Origin: Antedon mediterranea | Taxonomy: Eukaryota > Animalia > Echinodermata | Length of the DNA: 64,000 nt | Assembly: GCF_964355755.1 (NCBI RefSeq) | Contig: NC_092675.1 | Location: forward strand, 23,718,912 to 23,782,911 | Reading direction: 5' to 3' | In this document: piece after piece, positions 27,064-40,756 of the stretch | Layout: every line of letters begins with the position of its first letter | Numbering within the stretch: position 1 is the first letter of the stretch | Notes under the pieces: model-generated | Databases searched by the model: none | The model's input: the letters and a program-made list of their open reading frames with translations, nothing else | Told to the model about the DNA's origin: nothing | Translations under genes and position numbers: made by a program

Positions 27064-30000
27064 CTAAAATTAAACAAAAGAAAATAAAATGATTGATTAA
27101 GCATTTCAATGGTGAAAAATTGGTAAACATATGCTTGTGAGAATATGGCTGCGAGCAACTGAGGCACTCTTCATCAATTGTTGCTTTCTCTATCTTAATT
27201 TACTTCATTCCAAAGACGACGTTTGAAGTACTTTGACCGGAACATCGACACTGTTAGTCTCCGGTACAATTCATGCATTAAATTGTTTAGGTTACAATTG
27301 TCTACAGTCATGCATAGCACTAATACATTAAGATATGTTTTTAATGAGCAAATAATGGAAATCTAGCGTGTGTACTCAATAATGTATTGTACCATACAAT
27401 GTCGCCAGATGAAACATAATTGTTATTTTTAGTTGGGTTGGTTGCATATCAGTAATTTATTAATATGAAAGTTATTTTATATGGAACAAAATGTGTAATT
27501 TTGGATTAATTACCTGCTACTCCTGGTCCTATAATGATTGCTATACCAGGCGGTACCTGACAAAACGCCCATGCTTGCCTCGCCAGATCTTTGCGAAAAA
27601 GTTGCGTTGTTGTTGGAAAAAGCAACGAGTTGAAAACACCATTGAAAAATCCTATAACTGAAACGACAAAAGAGTAAAATTAGAAATTGCTTTGAAAGTG
27701 AAATTATCTTCCTTTCGTTTAATTTGATGCAACAGTCAAGTTCTAGATTTAAATCTGCATTTGAATAGGTTTGAATATTTTATAAATTTCATCAAATATT
27801 CAATTAAGAATTCCAAATTGTTGATTATACAATTTAATAATAAAATCATACTTTAACAGTTCGAGTAGTGGTATTAATAGTTACATATCTATGAATTAAA
27901 TTATGTAAACTAACTTAAAATCGATTGAAAATGACCATATTTTGTGTGTGAAAGACTCTGAAATTTTATTCTTGACAAATGTGTCTTATATTTATCAAGT
28001 CAAAATAGAATAAGGATATATATATATAGAGAATTATTTTGATTTGATTCATTTTAAAAAAAAATCACGATGATTTCTAATAATAATGATTTCAGAAATT
28101 CCATCATTTATCAGAATGTAAAGTACCAAACTAATGCTTGTTTCCCACTGTAGAGACGCAACACAATGACGTAACAGGCGGTAGGTGGTTTGACCAATTA
28201 CAAGCGATGAATTTTTCGAACTTTGGCCTGTCTTTAGTCAACTCACTTGCGTTGGGACTTTGTCTTTACATCGCGTCTCTATTGGGAAGCTTAGGTACAA
28301 AAACAACCTCCCCCCCCCCCACCCCTTTGAAAGTAAATTGGACTATAGCTTTATATATCGTACTACTACTATTCACACAACTATCTAGAGGAAATACTAT
28401 GTACTTACATATAGCATAAAACACCATGTGTGTGAAATTACTGGCAAATGTAACTAAGTAGGTTGTAATCGCCATAATACCCGTACAAATAACGTACATA
28501 TGAATAATTTGAAACGGCAGCCGTTCACCTAGAATACCCGCTAAAAGACGACCTATCATGTCTGATGCTCCTTTTATTGTCATCACTATAGACCCTAACC
28601 TTGCGGGTATTCCGATAGTTTTCATGAAAGTTACCTGTTTAAATCAAATGTAAAAGTAAATGTATTAGGATTTATTTCTTCAATTTAATTTATTTCCACA
28701 ATATAATAACATACATAAAGGATGATAAATACAATGAAGTAATCATGTGGGTGTGGGGGAGGGGGTGTCATATAATTAATAGATAGTCATAATAAATAGA
28801 TGAATTATCGCATACCCCCGTGCAATAAAAGAAGTGACAAGTTCAGTGACAACCACATCCAACTGGGCTGAGTTTCACCCAACTAATAACAAATATCACT
28901 ATCACCAACGTAACCTACTAATTACTTCCCATATCGATTTTTTCTCCCAGTTCTCTCATAGAATAAGGAATAATAAATAATAAAAATAGCATATTCTCAG
29001 CATGTTGTCATTTTATGAAAGATGTATGAGTTTAAAGAACAAAATTGTTGAGAAATTATTCATAAATTGATAAGCAATTTGTAGCATTACCTTTAGGCTA
29101 CAGTGTATTCATGTAGCTATGTTTTTATTATGGAACGCCCTTTTAGAATATTTCAAAACTAAATAGCGCTGGCATTTTGTTTATTGCTACTCAATGTCGG
29201 TTCACGTTCATTAAGCTAGCCTAACATGATGTGTGTACATTTTGTTTTGATTTATAGCTGCTGATAAAATACGATGGTTAATGAAGGTGTATAGCTAAAA
29301 TTGAATTGGGCACCGATATATTTCTGAAGCTTTTATCCTATCAATGATTCGGATGGGTAAAACATATCTACTCTAGTCCTACAATCGGTGAATACACAAA
29401 TATATATTTCAGTTGTTAAACATTATTAATGTACTTGTAACATTTTTTGAAACTTTTTCTCGAATAAACAGTATTCTCAAGCGAAGTTTGCGAATACGTA
29501 AATGCTCTATACTTACCAAATGAATGAATGGAAAAACGTATCCTAGACCTTTGACAAATTGTCCAAGTAGATAGAGTAGAAATATACTATCACTCCACAG
29601 CTCATACTGACATCCAACACAGCATTCGGGGTAATTGTTTCGTTCTTTATTTATCATATCTTTTAGCCATTCGCTACCACTTTCAGAATTTGGTATTGCA
29701 CTAGTTTTCGGCACCCCATTCTCTTCTATACTCTCTTCTGGTTCGTGTGACATCTCAAATTCATCGGGAGGTTGCGCAAATGCAAGGCTGCATGGTATTC
29801 CAATAATTAAGACTAGACCAGATAAACACAGAAATGTTTTCTCCAATCCTACACGCTCTAGTAATGCCTGGCATACTGGATTCATTACTAAAGATCCTGA
29901 ATAAAAGACAAATTGTATATGTTTCTTAAAAGGTCGTATCTGTGCAAATAGAAGAAAAAGTTCCTTTACTTTACGTTATACATTGTCAATTATCTTATGT

Positions 30001-33000
30001 GACAAAATCCTGAAGACGACGGCATTAACCAATTGTATGCAAATTCTTCGAAGGAAAACTGTTTCCATAACATAATTCTTTTTGTAACACATATTTGTTC
30101 ACTTGCAATAGTTTTCAAACAAAGAAATACGTTATAAATGAGTTATTTGAGTACTCGTTATGCATAGGCCTACACATAAGAAAAAAATCGATATTTGTAG
30201 ACGTTTCTGAAAATTAAAATTAAAACCATCAACTTACCGAATGGAATTCCAGCAACCAAAGTACATGTCGCTAATACATGATGATGTGTAGGAAACCATG
30301 CTCCCGTTAAAATTAACGGTGGGTTATACGTCAAGTTGGTTGCGAATCCAAACATTAAACTGTACGTTAGGAACATTAGTCCAAACGATTTGACATACGA
30401 ACAAATTATTAATGATGCTGCTCCAAGTAAAACTCCACATAACGATACCGTTCTGCAACCGAATCTGTGGTATAAATTTGCTGAAATTGGATTAGCTACG
30501 TACGCCATGCCAAATCCTATAGAACCGACCCAACCTAAGAAGAAATGAAATAGTGGTATCAACCAGGTTATTTACAGAGTTTGACGAATAACTGAATATG
30601 AAACAAGTTATACAAAATAACAAAGTTTTATTTTTTATCAAGGGACTAGGGATGTGAGTTTTATCCAACCTAAAAGTTTATCATAAGTTAATTTGGGATA
30701 GGCCTGCTTAATTTTACAAATAAATATGTTTTACAATTCTTTAAAATTTCACAAAATACATTTGACTATAATATTGAATGTTTGTATAAGTTTGACTTTT
30801 TTGGAAAATGATAGACTTAATATATATGTGAACCATTTTTATCTTATGTAGATTAGAAGGTCACGACTTGGAAATATTAACTTGTATAAAGCATCTTGTT
30901 TGTCCATTTTTTTTCCAGAAATGAACATACTGTACAGTTAGTAAAAAGCTCATAATAAAAAAAAATGTAGTATTAGTAATTATATATGGGAATACTGTGA
31001 TGACGTCCTAAAATATATAAAAATTAGTTTATAGTATAGACTAATTATTTATAATGAATTAGAATATTTATTGATTTCTTGAAAAACCAACATCCATTAA
31101 GCGAGTCAGTTGGCGTATCTTTTATCTACTATTTCGACAGTTGTTGTACTCTCGCCATCAACAACTCGACAGTATGTCATCATCGTGCTTGTCATTGAAG
31201 AACAATTAATGCCATGTTTTAGGTACACTGTTAATCAAATTTCTGTATGTAGCTGCCTGTTCAATTTAATACAATTTGCACGACACGTGTATGGATACAT
31301 TAATCTTCCTTTAGCCAGACGTTTAATATCACTATCATTGATTGTCATGTTTTTATCTTTATTCTATAGTAACAAAATGTGTTAACATAGTAGTGAGCAA
31401 ACCCTTTGCATTCGATATTATTGTGTTGTATCTGATTCTATTATCATTGATTGACATGTTTCTAATTTTATTCTGTGGTAACAAATTGTGTTAACAACAT
31501 GAGTGGCTCTCCTTGGTGAGCAAAACTCGTACTCATGTGATACGCAAACGAAAGAGGGAGAGATCAAACTTCAGGAAAATAAAAGGAAAAGGCAACAAAA
31601 ATTTCAAGAAAAAATGAAAAAACAATTTATTATAATTGATATTATTAAATACATTATGTAATAGTAACAATTGCTCTATTGTCTAAAAATGTTACTACTA
31701 TATGCATCATTCTTTTTATGTATCATTTGTTTACATATATTAATAAAAGATTGATGAAGAATATTTCTGATATGATTGTTTGCTTGGCTAAGGAGGTGAT
31801 GCACTTTTCCTAACCAATCCAGGTTTATAAAAACTTTTTTAAGATCAACCTACTATAGGGAAACTCAAAGATTTGATCAGTGTTCTGTGCCTTTGGTTTA
31901 ATAAGCCAATATGACGGTAAGAACATGAGTCTTACTCGGCCAACATCTTTCGATTACTTTGTTGCTGCTTCGTTTGTATTGTTCGATATATTACATTTTT
32001 TTTCCTGAGATTCAATTTTAAATGCTCAAAACACAGAATATCTCAATTACGAATAAGTAATTAATAATTAATTGATCAAATTAGGAGGAACACTTTCGAA
32101 AATGTTAATTCAATATAACATTACGCCTTCAGACACACCAGTTGCAGCCACTCTGACAACATCGTAGGCCTACCTACCTACATTTCAAAGCTAGCACATA
32201 ATATGTACGGTATAAACATGAGTATATGCCACGGGATATGAGTTTACTTAGCTTTGTAGTTGACTTTCAATTATACTTGTCAAATATGTTTCATGTCTAG
32301 TTGTAATAATGTACTTTCTTCTGACATGTTAATGAAAGATGAATAGGAATATTTACTTACAATTCAGTACAATGCTTAACGATATTTGATACTTGTGTTA
32401 GTTTCTATGTCCATTATTTGTATTGTGTATTATATGATGTATGGCGTGAAATTTCATACGATAGTCCATGCTTTCAATTAAAATGATCAAATCAAACATA
32501 AGACATCATCAAAAAATAACCCAAACATTTCGTATTGAGCAGTTAATATTGTAAATATATCGTAGTTATAAGTCAAAAAGACACAAAAGATACAAAGGCC
32601 TATACGAATAATAATTCTTCAAACCACATCATTCACCCTCAACCCAACCCAAACAAAAATATAAATTTCTTAAAACATCACAAAAAAATAGGAAAACAAG
32701 GCCTAAACATAGATACCTCAATGTTCTTATAGAAAAAATGAAAAGAATAGAGTATTAAACATTTGAATCAACCTTTTTTTTAAATTAATCAAAAAAACGG
32801 TTCACCATTTGAAGATTTTTAAATAAATGTATTGAATCAGAATCTTTGAAACATTTTGTAATATTTTGAACTAATGTTAAGTCTAATATTAATAAGAAAC
32901 GTTTGAAAAGATTAACACACAGTACAATGTTATACCAAAATGTCTGTAAATAGGTTTCTCCAAACTAAAACAGACGTTGTTTTAGACACCACGCCTACTT

Positions 33001-35913
33001 GAGCAATACTTTGAAATTTAATTTGACATTTGACATTTGACATTTGACATGATTGTTAAAAACTGTGTTGAAGCATTTCTAATCAATATAATACTAATTA
33101 TTTTACTAATTATGACAAAAATTGTTGAACAAATAATCCGCAGAATGAGAGAAAAAACAATAGATTGACGTAGAATAGGCCTATACATTGTTAGAGTAAA
33201 ATTGGAGGACATGACGTACGTCACGCGTGTGTATCATAATAGGAAAAATGGTAAATTATGTTTATTTAATTAATTCGTTGGAAAATACAAGCCTGCGGCA
33301 TAAAAAAAAAGTTTTACTGACATAACATTAATATACGGTATAGAGAAAAAGAGGAATATGTGTACGATGTGTTGGGGATTGGAAATAATAAATTCCTATG
33401 AAATACCAAAGGACTAATTACTTTTCGAAATGAGCCAGAAATTATCCTCTAGCTAATCAACAAGGTGTATGCAATTGATCTGAATAGTAACAATGCAGAA
33501 TGAACAATTTGTTATCATTATATAGTCAAGCCCCCTAAGCAGACTACTGTAGTAGAATCATTGAGTTTATTGCCTCTACTAATGATGTTGGCGTAGATGG
33601 CCGAAGGCGATTATTGTTCAACAGGCCCAGTGTCTATTGATTCAGGCCCTTGTTCCTAATACATTGCATATCAATCTACTGACTAATTATAGATCATCAT
33701 TTTTTATCAGTTTATGTACACGGAATTAGATTATAAATGGCACTGATGAAAATGAAACTTGAGTTAATATTGATGATGAAGTGTGAGCATGAATGAGAGG
33801 ATAATCTCTCAACGCCAACGATTTAATCTATCCATCGTCAGCTTTTTTGTATCGTTGCAGTATCGTACACATCTGAACCAATATAACAATAATATTTACT
33901 ATTGCGTAAGGATATTGGCGCCGTTTATACATTCTATCCATCGCAACAATATACAATGTACAACTTAAATGGATGTCCACTATCATGGATGAATGATATA
34001 TGTATAGTTTAAAAATATTATCATTAGTATCGAATGTGCTTCAGGATAAAGTATAGTAAATGTTCCAAACTCAAGACTAAGATAAATAGTTATACCTATA
34101 ATATAGCCTATCACAAGTTTCACGTGCGCTGAGTTTCGTTCATAAGTGTTATCAGGAATAAGTAAAGTTCACTGGTGTTATATAAGTACTGTATATGTTT
34201 TTAATATAAGTCATGCTACCTTTTTAATACTCGAAGAAAAGGCATACGATCAGTTAAAAATACTAAAATTATAAAATAAAATCTAATCTAAGGTTAAGAT
34301 TATGTCAGTTTAGCTAATTTAAAGCAGCATGATCGGCTAACAAATGCTGATCGGTAGAAAAACCAAATTTACCAGCAGTGTTGAAACTCAAAAACAGAAA
34401 GGCTTTAAACTAGAAAAAAAAACCATTTTAAAAGTGTAATATTGAAAATGAATGTTATTCTTAAATTATTCTGTCGAATCTCGTACCGTATCGTGTCCAG
34501 CGACAATAAACATGGTATTGTGTCAGTTAGCCTGTTTTTGTTATCAAGCAGGAAAGCTTGATCACATTTTTACTATCTTCATATCATTATCACGACAAAA
34601 AGAAACATAATTTTTAATTAAAAATGAAATATCAACATAATTTATATCGTACACATTGGTATTACCGTTCTTCTCTCGTATAAACCACGTTAAATAATTA
34701 AATTAATAGGCCTATAAATGACAAAACAGACGTCAGTTATGAATGCAGATATGAATATTTCATAAAATGGTTGCTAGATTACGTTCAAATAAACGCAAAT
34801 ATCTACAAAGAAAGACGTGATATGACATAATTAGGCCTGGATAATAATACGATAGCTCGTGCTTATCAATATCATTTAAATCTCCTCAGAAATGTGTTTA
34901 TATTGAGTATAGAGATCTTTGTTGATGAATGAATTCTTCGTCATCATTATATCAACTGTGTCCACTATATTGAACCATGGACATATAAATTAGATCATAT
35001 ATGTCCAATTGTTGGAGAAAAACTAAGTTTGTCCTACTCTTTGTTGTCGTATATACTGTACGTGTTTTTTTTTCTTCTCATCTAATTTCCATCTTTATCT
35101 TAAAATATCCCTATCTGTGCGTTAGACGTATGTCATAAATTTAAACATCACGAATGCTTATTTTATAGTTTTGTTTCAATTCGTTGCAATATTAGTAACA
35201 CTATTTTAAGCTTTATCACTTTCGTGATGCTTCAGGACACGTGCCTTTGATTAATTACTATGTTCAACAAATTAGGATATAACCATAAATATTCTATACA
35301 TCTTGCACATTATTTTGTTTATGTATACTTGATTGGGATTTTCATTATTATTATTTGAACATTGTATGAGTTATTCTTTTCTTTTAAATGATAATTAGCT
35401 TTTGTTTGATGTAGAATTTGAGTGCATGGTTGATTGGTATAATAGTATACCTAGTTCATCATTTTTGTGTTGCCTTATTATATTATAATGTTACCATGTG
35501 ACATCGTATATATACAAACATACATACAAATGGCGACTTTTTAACATTATTCTTTTCAAATAGTGTGTCACCTATAAAGATATACAACATTGACGTACGC
35601 TGCCAAAAAGTGAGGTGTTACTGGGAACGTAATACAGACTTCTAGGCCTACAGTACTTACTTATTAGCGCTGTACCTCCACCAAATGTATCCAAAAGAGG
35701 TGACAATAACTCTCCGAAGCTCATAACCATTCCCATAAAAGGAACATCTAGGATGAAACCAGCAAGACATACCAACCAGCCCCGATAGTAACGTCGTTTC
35801 TTTGCCTTCGTTTGTTGACATGGTTCCACAATCGGGGTACTTTCTAGGCTCATGTCTGAGGCATCAATTGAAAGGTGTATATCGGAACGCTGAATCGGAT
35901 GTGCGCGTCCGTT
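26819..35913 (-). CDS. SLC16-family (monocarboxylate transporter) MFS transporter, MCT8/MCT10 (SLC16A2/A10)-like; 6 coding exons, ~515 codons plus possible upstream exon
   Basis: Exons 35661-35913, 30238-30534, 29517-29896, 28409-28634, 27514-27657, 26819-27063, all GT-AG with matching phases. Motifs RGWLVCLAGF (TM1), SWVGSIGFG...RFGCRTV, YNPPLILTGAWF, YVFPFIHLV, IGRLLAG, GFIYDATKSY. Confidence 0.9.
27514..27657 (-). CDS. SLC16-like transporter exon (TM10-11)
   Basis: IGFFNGVFNSLLFPTTTQLFRKDLARQAWAFCQVPPGIAIIIGPGVAG; 144 nt, phase 1/1; absent from the ORF track. Confidence 0.88.
28409..28634 (-). CDS. SLC16-like transporter exon (TM8-9)
   Basis: VTFMKTIGIP...SDMIGRLLAG...HMVFYAI; CAG acceptor, GTAAGT donor. 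Confidence 0.9.
29517..29896 (-). CDS. SLC16-like transporter exon (TM6, central loop, TM7)
   Basis: GSLVMNPVCQALLE...YVFPFIHL; CAG acceptor, GTAAGT donor. Confidence 0.9.
30238..30534 (-). CDS. SLC16-like transporter exon (TM2-5)
   Basis: WVGSIGFGMAYVANPIS...LVAGIPFG; TAG acceptor, GTAAGT donor. Confidence 0.9.
35661..35913 (-). CDS. SLC16-like transporter exon (N-terminal region and TM1)
   Basis: Strong polypyrimidine-CAG acceptor; open frame NGRAHPIQRSDIHLSIDASDMSLES...RGWLVCLAGF...GGGTALI; GTAAGT donor. An in-exon ATG at 35853 is an alternative start. Confidence 0.87.
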
Positions 35914-38213
35914 CTGGAAGAAAAAGAAACATAATTTAAATTAACGATATTTAAAAAGAAATGTATTGGCACTAGGCAACTAAGTCTGTATTGTCATTCA
36001 CTTGTTGCACTGGCATGCTTCTTCTTAGTAAAGATTAAAAATAATAATAATTTATAAGGTTCACTGGACCAGACCTCCTGAAAACACATTCATTGTGTTT
36101 ATATACAATCATAAATAACAATTTTCATACACTGAACAATATTTCCCGATATCGAGAAGAAGTTCTGGAGCTGGAAAACGGTATCAAAACGCGCTTTTTT
36201 TTTCAAGAGATTCTATAACACATTTACAGTTATAGTTTCTGTACACCATACAATAGTTCGTGTACAGAGCAGTGGGGTCATAGTGGGGTCATAGCCCTTT
36301 TCAACTAGTATGTGCTCTTATTTCACTGTCTACAAACCGATAAGTAAAAAAAAAAATTACAGAAATAGTTTCAACTGCTGATCCAAGTAGTTGTTTAAAG
36401 AGATGAAGAAGAACACGGTCGTCGGTGAAACAGAATACGATATTTTCTAATGACTTAAAAGCGCTAAAATATAGACTCTAATCAACGCTGATAAACAATC
36501 CAACTTTGAAAGATATGTAATTCTCATCTTTATGGCAATTGAAGAAATGTGTCTACGGCGAATACCTGAATTTTAATTTTTGTAATTCATTTCCATTGAT
36601 AGAGCATGTCATGAGCATGCGCACTTCTTTTTTATCTAATTTATATGCATTGCACTTGACGGGTTTTAATTTTTTGGCAATTTGTAGATTTTAATCGAGA
36701 ATTTACAATTCAAATTGTGAAAATTGTGTAGAACGAGCAATTAATTACGAAACATGTTAATCTTCACCGCTGGCTGTAAGCAATAATTAGTTATCTAGCT
36801 TTAATTATCGTTCGTATGCAGAAAAAGTATTTTATTTGTAAACTCAAATAATGATATAAAAGTGTTTAAAAATGTGAACGTTTTTTATAAATGCTTTGAA
36901 ATAATATAAATTTTAAAACGTATTTGATGACAATTGCTCGTTCATAATGTCCATTAGTGGTATGTCTATAGCCTGTATGCTTTTAAGTTTAGTATGTGTT
37001 TCAACTCAATAGTGCCTTTATTAAAAGTATCGATTAACTCGGCCAGCGTCTCGTTGCAAAAATAGTAAACGTTCTAGCTGATAATATACTTTATATAAGA
37101 CGTTAGTATCAATTGTTCAAATTTGTTTGGGTTATGATCGTCCCACAAGTCAATTAAATTAAATTACATTTTTTCTGTATCTCTATAGAAGCTATGCATA
37201 GGCTACAGAAATTTGTAAAATGCATTTTGAAAATAAAAATTATGTTGAAAAAATTAAGAAAATATACAAAATATCAGATGTATTTGATAGTAGCATACAT
37301 GTAAGTAACTCTTTATTTATTTTCATACATTTGTCTCTTACATAATTGAATGTTATATTTGAAATGAAACCAGTAGGCCTAATATACTAACAATTAATAA
37401 TATTATTAAACGGTCAATTTTAATAAATATGTGAGAACTCTAAATAAAGGTTTGAACCCAAAATCTTCTTCTACTTCATATGCAGAGATATCACACAATA
37501 AAGCCACTGGAAATTTCATGTCATGGTACTTTTATATATTACTCCCGTTGATGAACTCTACACCGCCCAGTGATGATACTTATAATTAATCAATTAGATT
37601 ATAAACAGTAAATAAGAGAATGTGAGAATAGAATGAAAAGACTACATTTCTGTTTAAAAACAACGAAGTAGAATCATTTTAAAATTAAAATGTGTAGAAA
37701 TACGCAGAAAACGCTTAGGCCCTAATAGTATAGATATGGGCCTATCCATATTGCACGAATATAAAAGTATTGTTGCTATTTGATGAACTTTATGTAGGCC
37801 TGGCATGGATTTTGTAAAATGTATTATTATTGAAAAAATTCATCTCCTTCCCAAAAATATTTTTAGAATCGTTGGTAAGTTCAACGTTAATTTATCCTTC
37901 ACTAGAAACGAAAATGTTATTCTAAAAATGTTTATTCCAACAAGACAAAAACGCTGTACACTATACTAATGAGAACCTCATTATGATTGAGACTACTGTT
38001 ATGTAAATACCAAAGGTACAACAATGTAAAACTCACTGTATTATAATCAATAATTAAATATATAGGCCTATTGTCATATAGTTACAATGTGTGTTTAGGC
38101 TAATGGTTAATATAATTATAATATGTCACTACATATCAATCGATAGAATAGTTGTTTAATTAACCTATATAATATAGTGAAATCAGTCGCCGATAAAGTG
38201 TACATTGATGGAG

Positions 38214-38315
38214 GGCCACATACATAGCTGCAGTCGCGTGCTCAAGTTAGTGTTTACCGACCAACCAACCGACCAACCGACCGACATAGTGAGCTGTGTT
38301 TCACGCGACTAAAAA
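38214..38315 (-). mobile_element. Helentron-associated interspersed element (HINE/DINE-1-like)
   Basis: Subterminal inverted repeats agtcgcgtg/cacgcgact, internal (ACCG/ACCA)n microsatellite, terminal hairpin, T-rich end. Confidence 0.7.
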
Positions 38316-38533
38316 CTAATTATCACTTTTATCATGAAATTAAATGTGTTTTCTTATTATGGAACACCACCTGTGATATACCACATGGATGTTCTGTCGC
38401 AGTAAATCGATAAAATAGATCCGATAAGCCCCACAACGCTCTACTTTTATTTTACTTTCAACACAATTACTTCACCAACGCAAACATTGTACTAAATATT
38501 TAAGTTTGCATATATTAGTACTGTACATTTATT

Positions 38534-38871
38534 CACCGAACACCGAAGTTAAGCAACGTTTGGCCTGGTTAGAGCTTGGATGGGAGACCATCTGGGAATA
38601 TCAGGTGCTATACATGAAGCTGGTGTCCCGTTAGGCATTTGAATCAGCATTGCTATCTCTTATGGGAGCCCCTGTATCTAGTATCTGCCTCAGACATATT
38701 GGCCAATTACGTTCTTCTGGTCAAGGTGGACAATGGACGGGAGAAGCCCTTGATCAATGTTAGAACCAATCAAGGTGCTTTAAATAGTCCTGGCTTTGTT
38801 TGTATCAAACCTGTTAGTGGCGATAATTATCGCTGTTGGTTTCGTTTGAATAAAATAAATAAAAATAAATA
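38534..38871 (+). mobile_element. 5S rRNA-derived SINE (SINE3)
   Basis: The head 38534-38612 (caccgaagttaagcaacgtttggcctggttagagcttggatgggagaccatctgggaatatcaggtgct) matches the 3' two-thirds of eukaryotic 5S rRNA, including box A and box C. It is followed by a ~235-bp body and a (TAAA)n-like tail; second copy at 19643-19919. Confidence 0.9.
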
Positions 38872-40732
38872 CATGTTAGTTCAATACAAGATTCATAATA
38901 TAAAGCAAGAGGGAGTCAAGCTCATGACGTATTTTCCTTAAAGATTTAGTCAGGACACCTTCTATTTACATATTAGGCCTAGTTGTGAAATTTGAAAAAG
39001 GTGAATGAATGAATGAATGAATTATTAATCATAATTAATAACACAATTAACCTGACTGTGTATTACAATTGGCATTCATGACTACGTAGCTCATTCAATA
39101 TTAGTACTCCTCGAATTTCAAAAGCAATAAACACAATAGTAGATTTAATTTGTCTTGAAACATTACACAAATGATACAATTTCAAGCATTATTTGAGATA
39201 AGTTAAATAATACGTAGTATTGTTTTTTATTATCAAGCTTGTTTGACAAAAGAAGTGTGATGTAACCAATTGGTAGTGATATGACATATTTTGTTTTTAA
39301 AGCTTATTTTTTGTGTGAAAATAATTTTAAACATTAGTATCGCATACATATTAGAAAATTGATACAAAATATGTTTATATAAGCAAAAGATGACTAAAAA
39401 TGTTTGAAAAAAAACCATCTGCTAAGCCTTTCAGCTGACACTCAATACAACGGATACTGTTTACATTTATGAGATGATTACAAACGGTTTGAAAATAGAA
39501 AAAGTACATCCTTAATATTCCTGATTATGTTTCAAACACATTTTTTGGGTCGATATGAAGAAAAAAAAAACGAAAAACAGGAGAAAATATGTGAGCAAGC
39601 CGAATAGCAGATTTGTAGTATTTTAAATTACATTTTTAATTCAGATTAATGTATGTAACAGTTCAAAATATCGATCTTTTTTTTTGTAAATAAGGTGGAT
39701 ATTAACAGGTGCTGATTAAAAGGTGTATCATGGGGTCGCGCTCTCAATATATTTACCGTCTAACGTGAGAATATAAACTTGTTCATATCAATTGAAATAC
39801 ATTGAAACAGCCACTGGCATCGCTGCGAGCCTGTTGCACTCGATGTACGATGTCTATTTTAGCGATGTCTTGTCTGATGACTAGAACCTCTCTCCCACAT
39901 GGGTTAATATTTATGACACTGTACAAGAACAGACTGTTCGCCCACAGCTAAAATGTAATACCAGGCCACCTTATATCATGTATCCGTATAATATTATCCT
40001 TCTACACGATAGACTGTTGCAACTAAAACAATTAAACAAATAAAAATGCCTTGTCGCAATATATGTAAATGTCAAGTGGTTGAAGAAATAAATTTCAATA
40101 ATCTTAAGTGTGTTACATTTAGTTATAAAGTCGTCTTTAATGTGTATAGCCTAGATTTGACTTATTAGGTAAGGTAGGGTTTTTACACAGTATTCAGACG
40201 GTATGTTAAAACGCCGATAACATACTCACATGAGACGAAAACTGTATATTATTCAGATGTTGAAGAATAACATTGAGTAAATAAATATGAAAATCAGTAA
40301 TTTAATTTTCACCCATTTGGTGAAAACTTTTCAGATTGCATTTAGTAATTTATTAGTTTATTATCGCTTATTTAATTCATTACGTCATAGAAAAATTATT
40401 TACGACTAAGAGTACTAGTTCTAGAATCATTTGGTAATTGAATGGATACATCCAAAATGATATATTGACAAACCATTAATTCACTAACAATTCTATATTT
40501 ATTAATTTGTATTAGGAGGATCTACAACACATTACCAGGAAAGTCATCATTTAGTATAGTTTTGCTCGACATCATTCATCTTACAATATATACATTTTGT
40601 TTATTCCTATTTCTTACAAATAAACATATAATTAAATAAGGCAAGGAAAATGGTGATGCTAATTTGGTCAACACCAAACAGACAGTTTTGTAATGAGTTC
40701 TGGATATTGATCTTTCATGTGTTGTTACTTAC

Positions 40733-40756
40733 CAATGGTGTGACTTTGTGAGCCAT
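40733..40756 (-). CDS. Candidate alternative first coding exon of the SLC16 gene (MAHKVTPL)
   Basis: GAGATGG...TTG|GTAAGT, phase 0, in frame with the acceptor at 35913; an out-of-frame ATG lies 5 nt upstream. Confidence 0.35.

Noticed and set aside
31330-31495. Diverged ~55-bp direct duplication in the transporter intron
   Set aside because: An ordinary old local duplication with no other structure.
38534-38612. Functional 5S rRNA gene
   Set aside because: It lacks the first ~35 nt and a T-run terminator, and continues into a body shared with a second dispersed copy. Treated as a SINE head.
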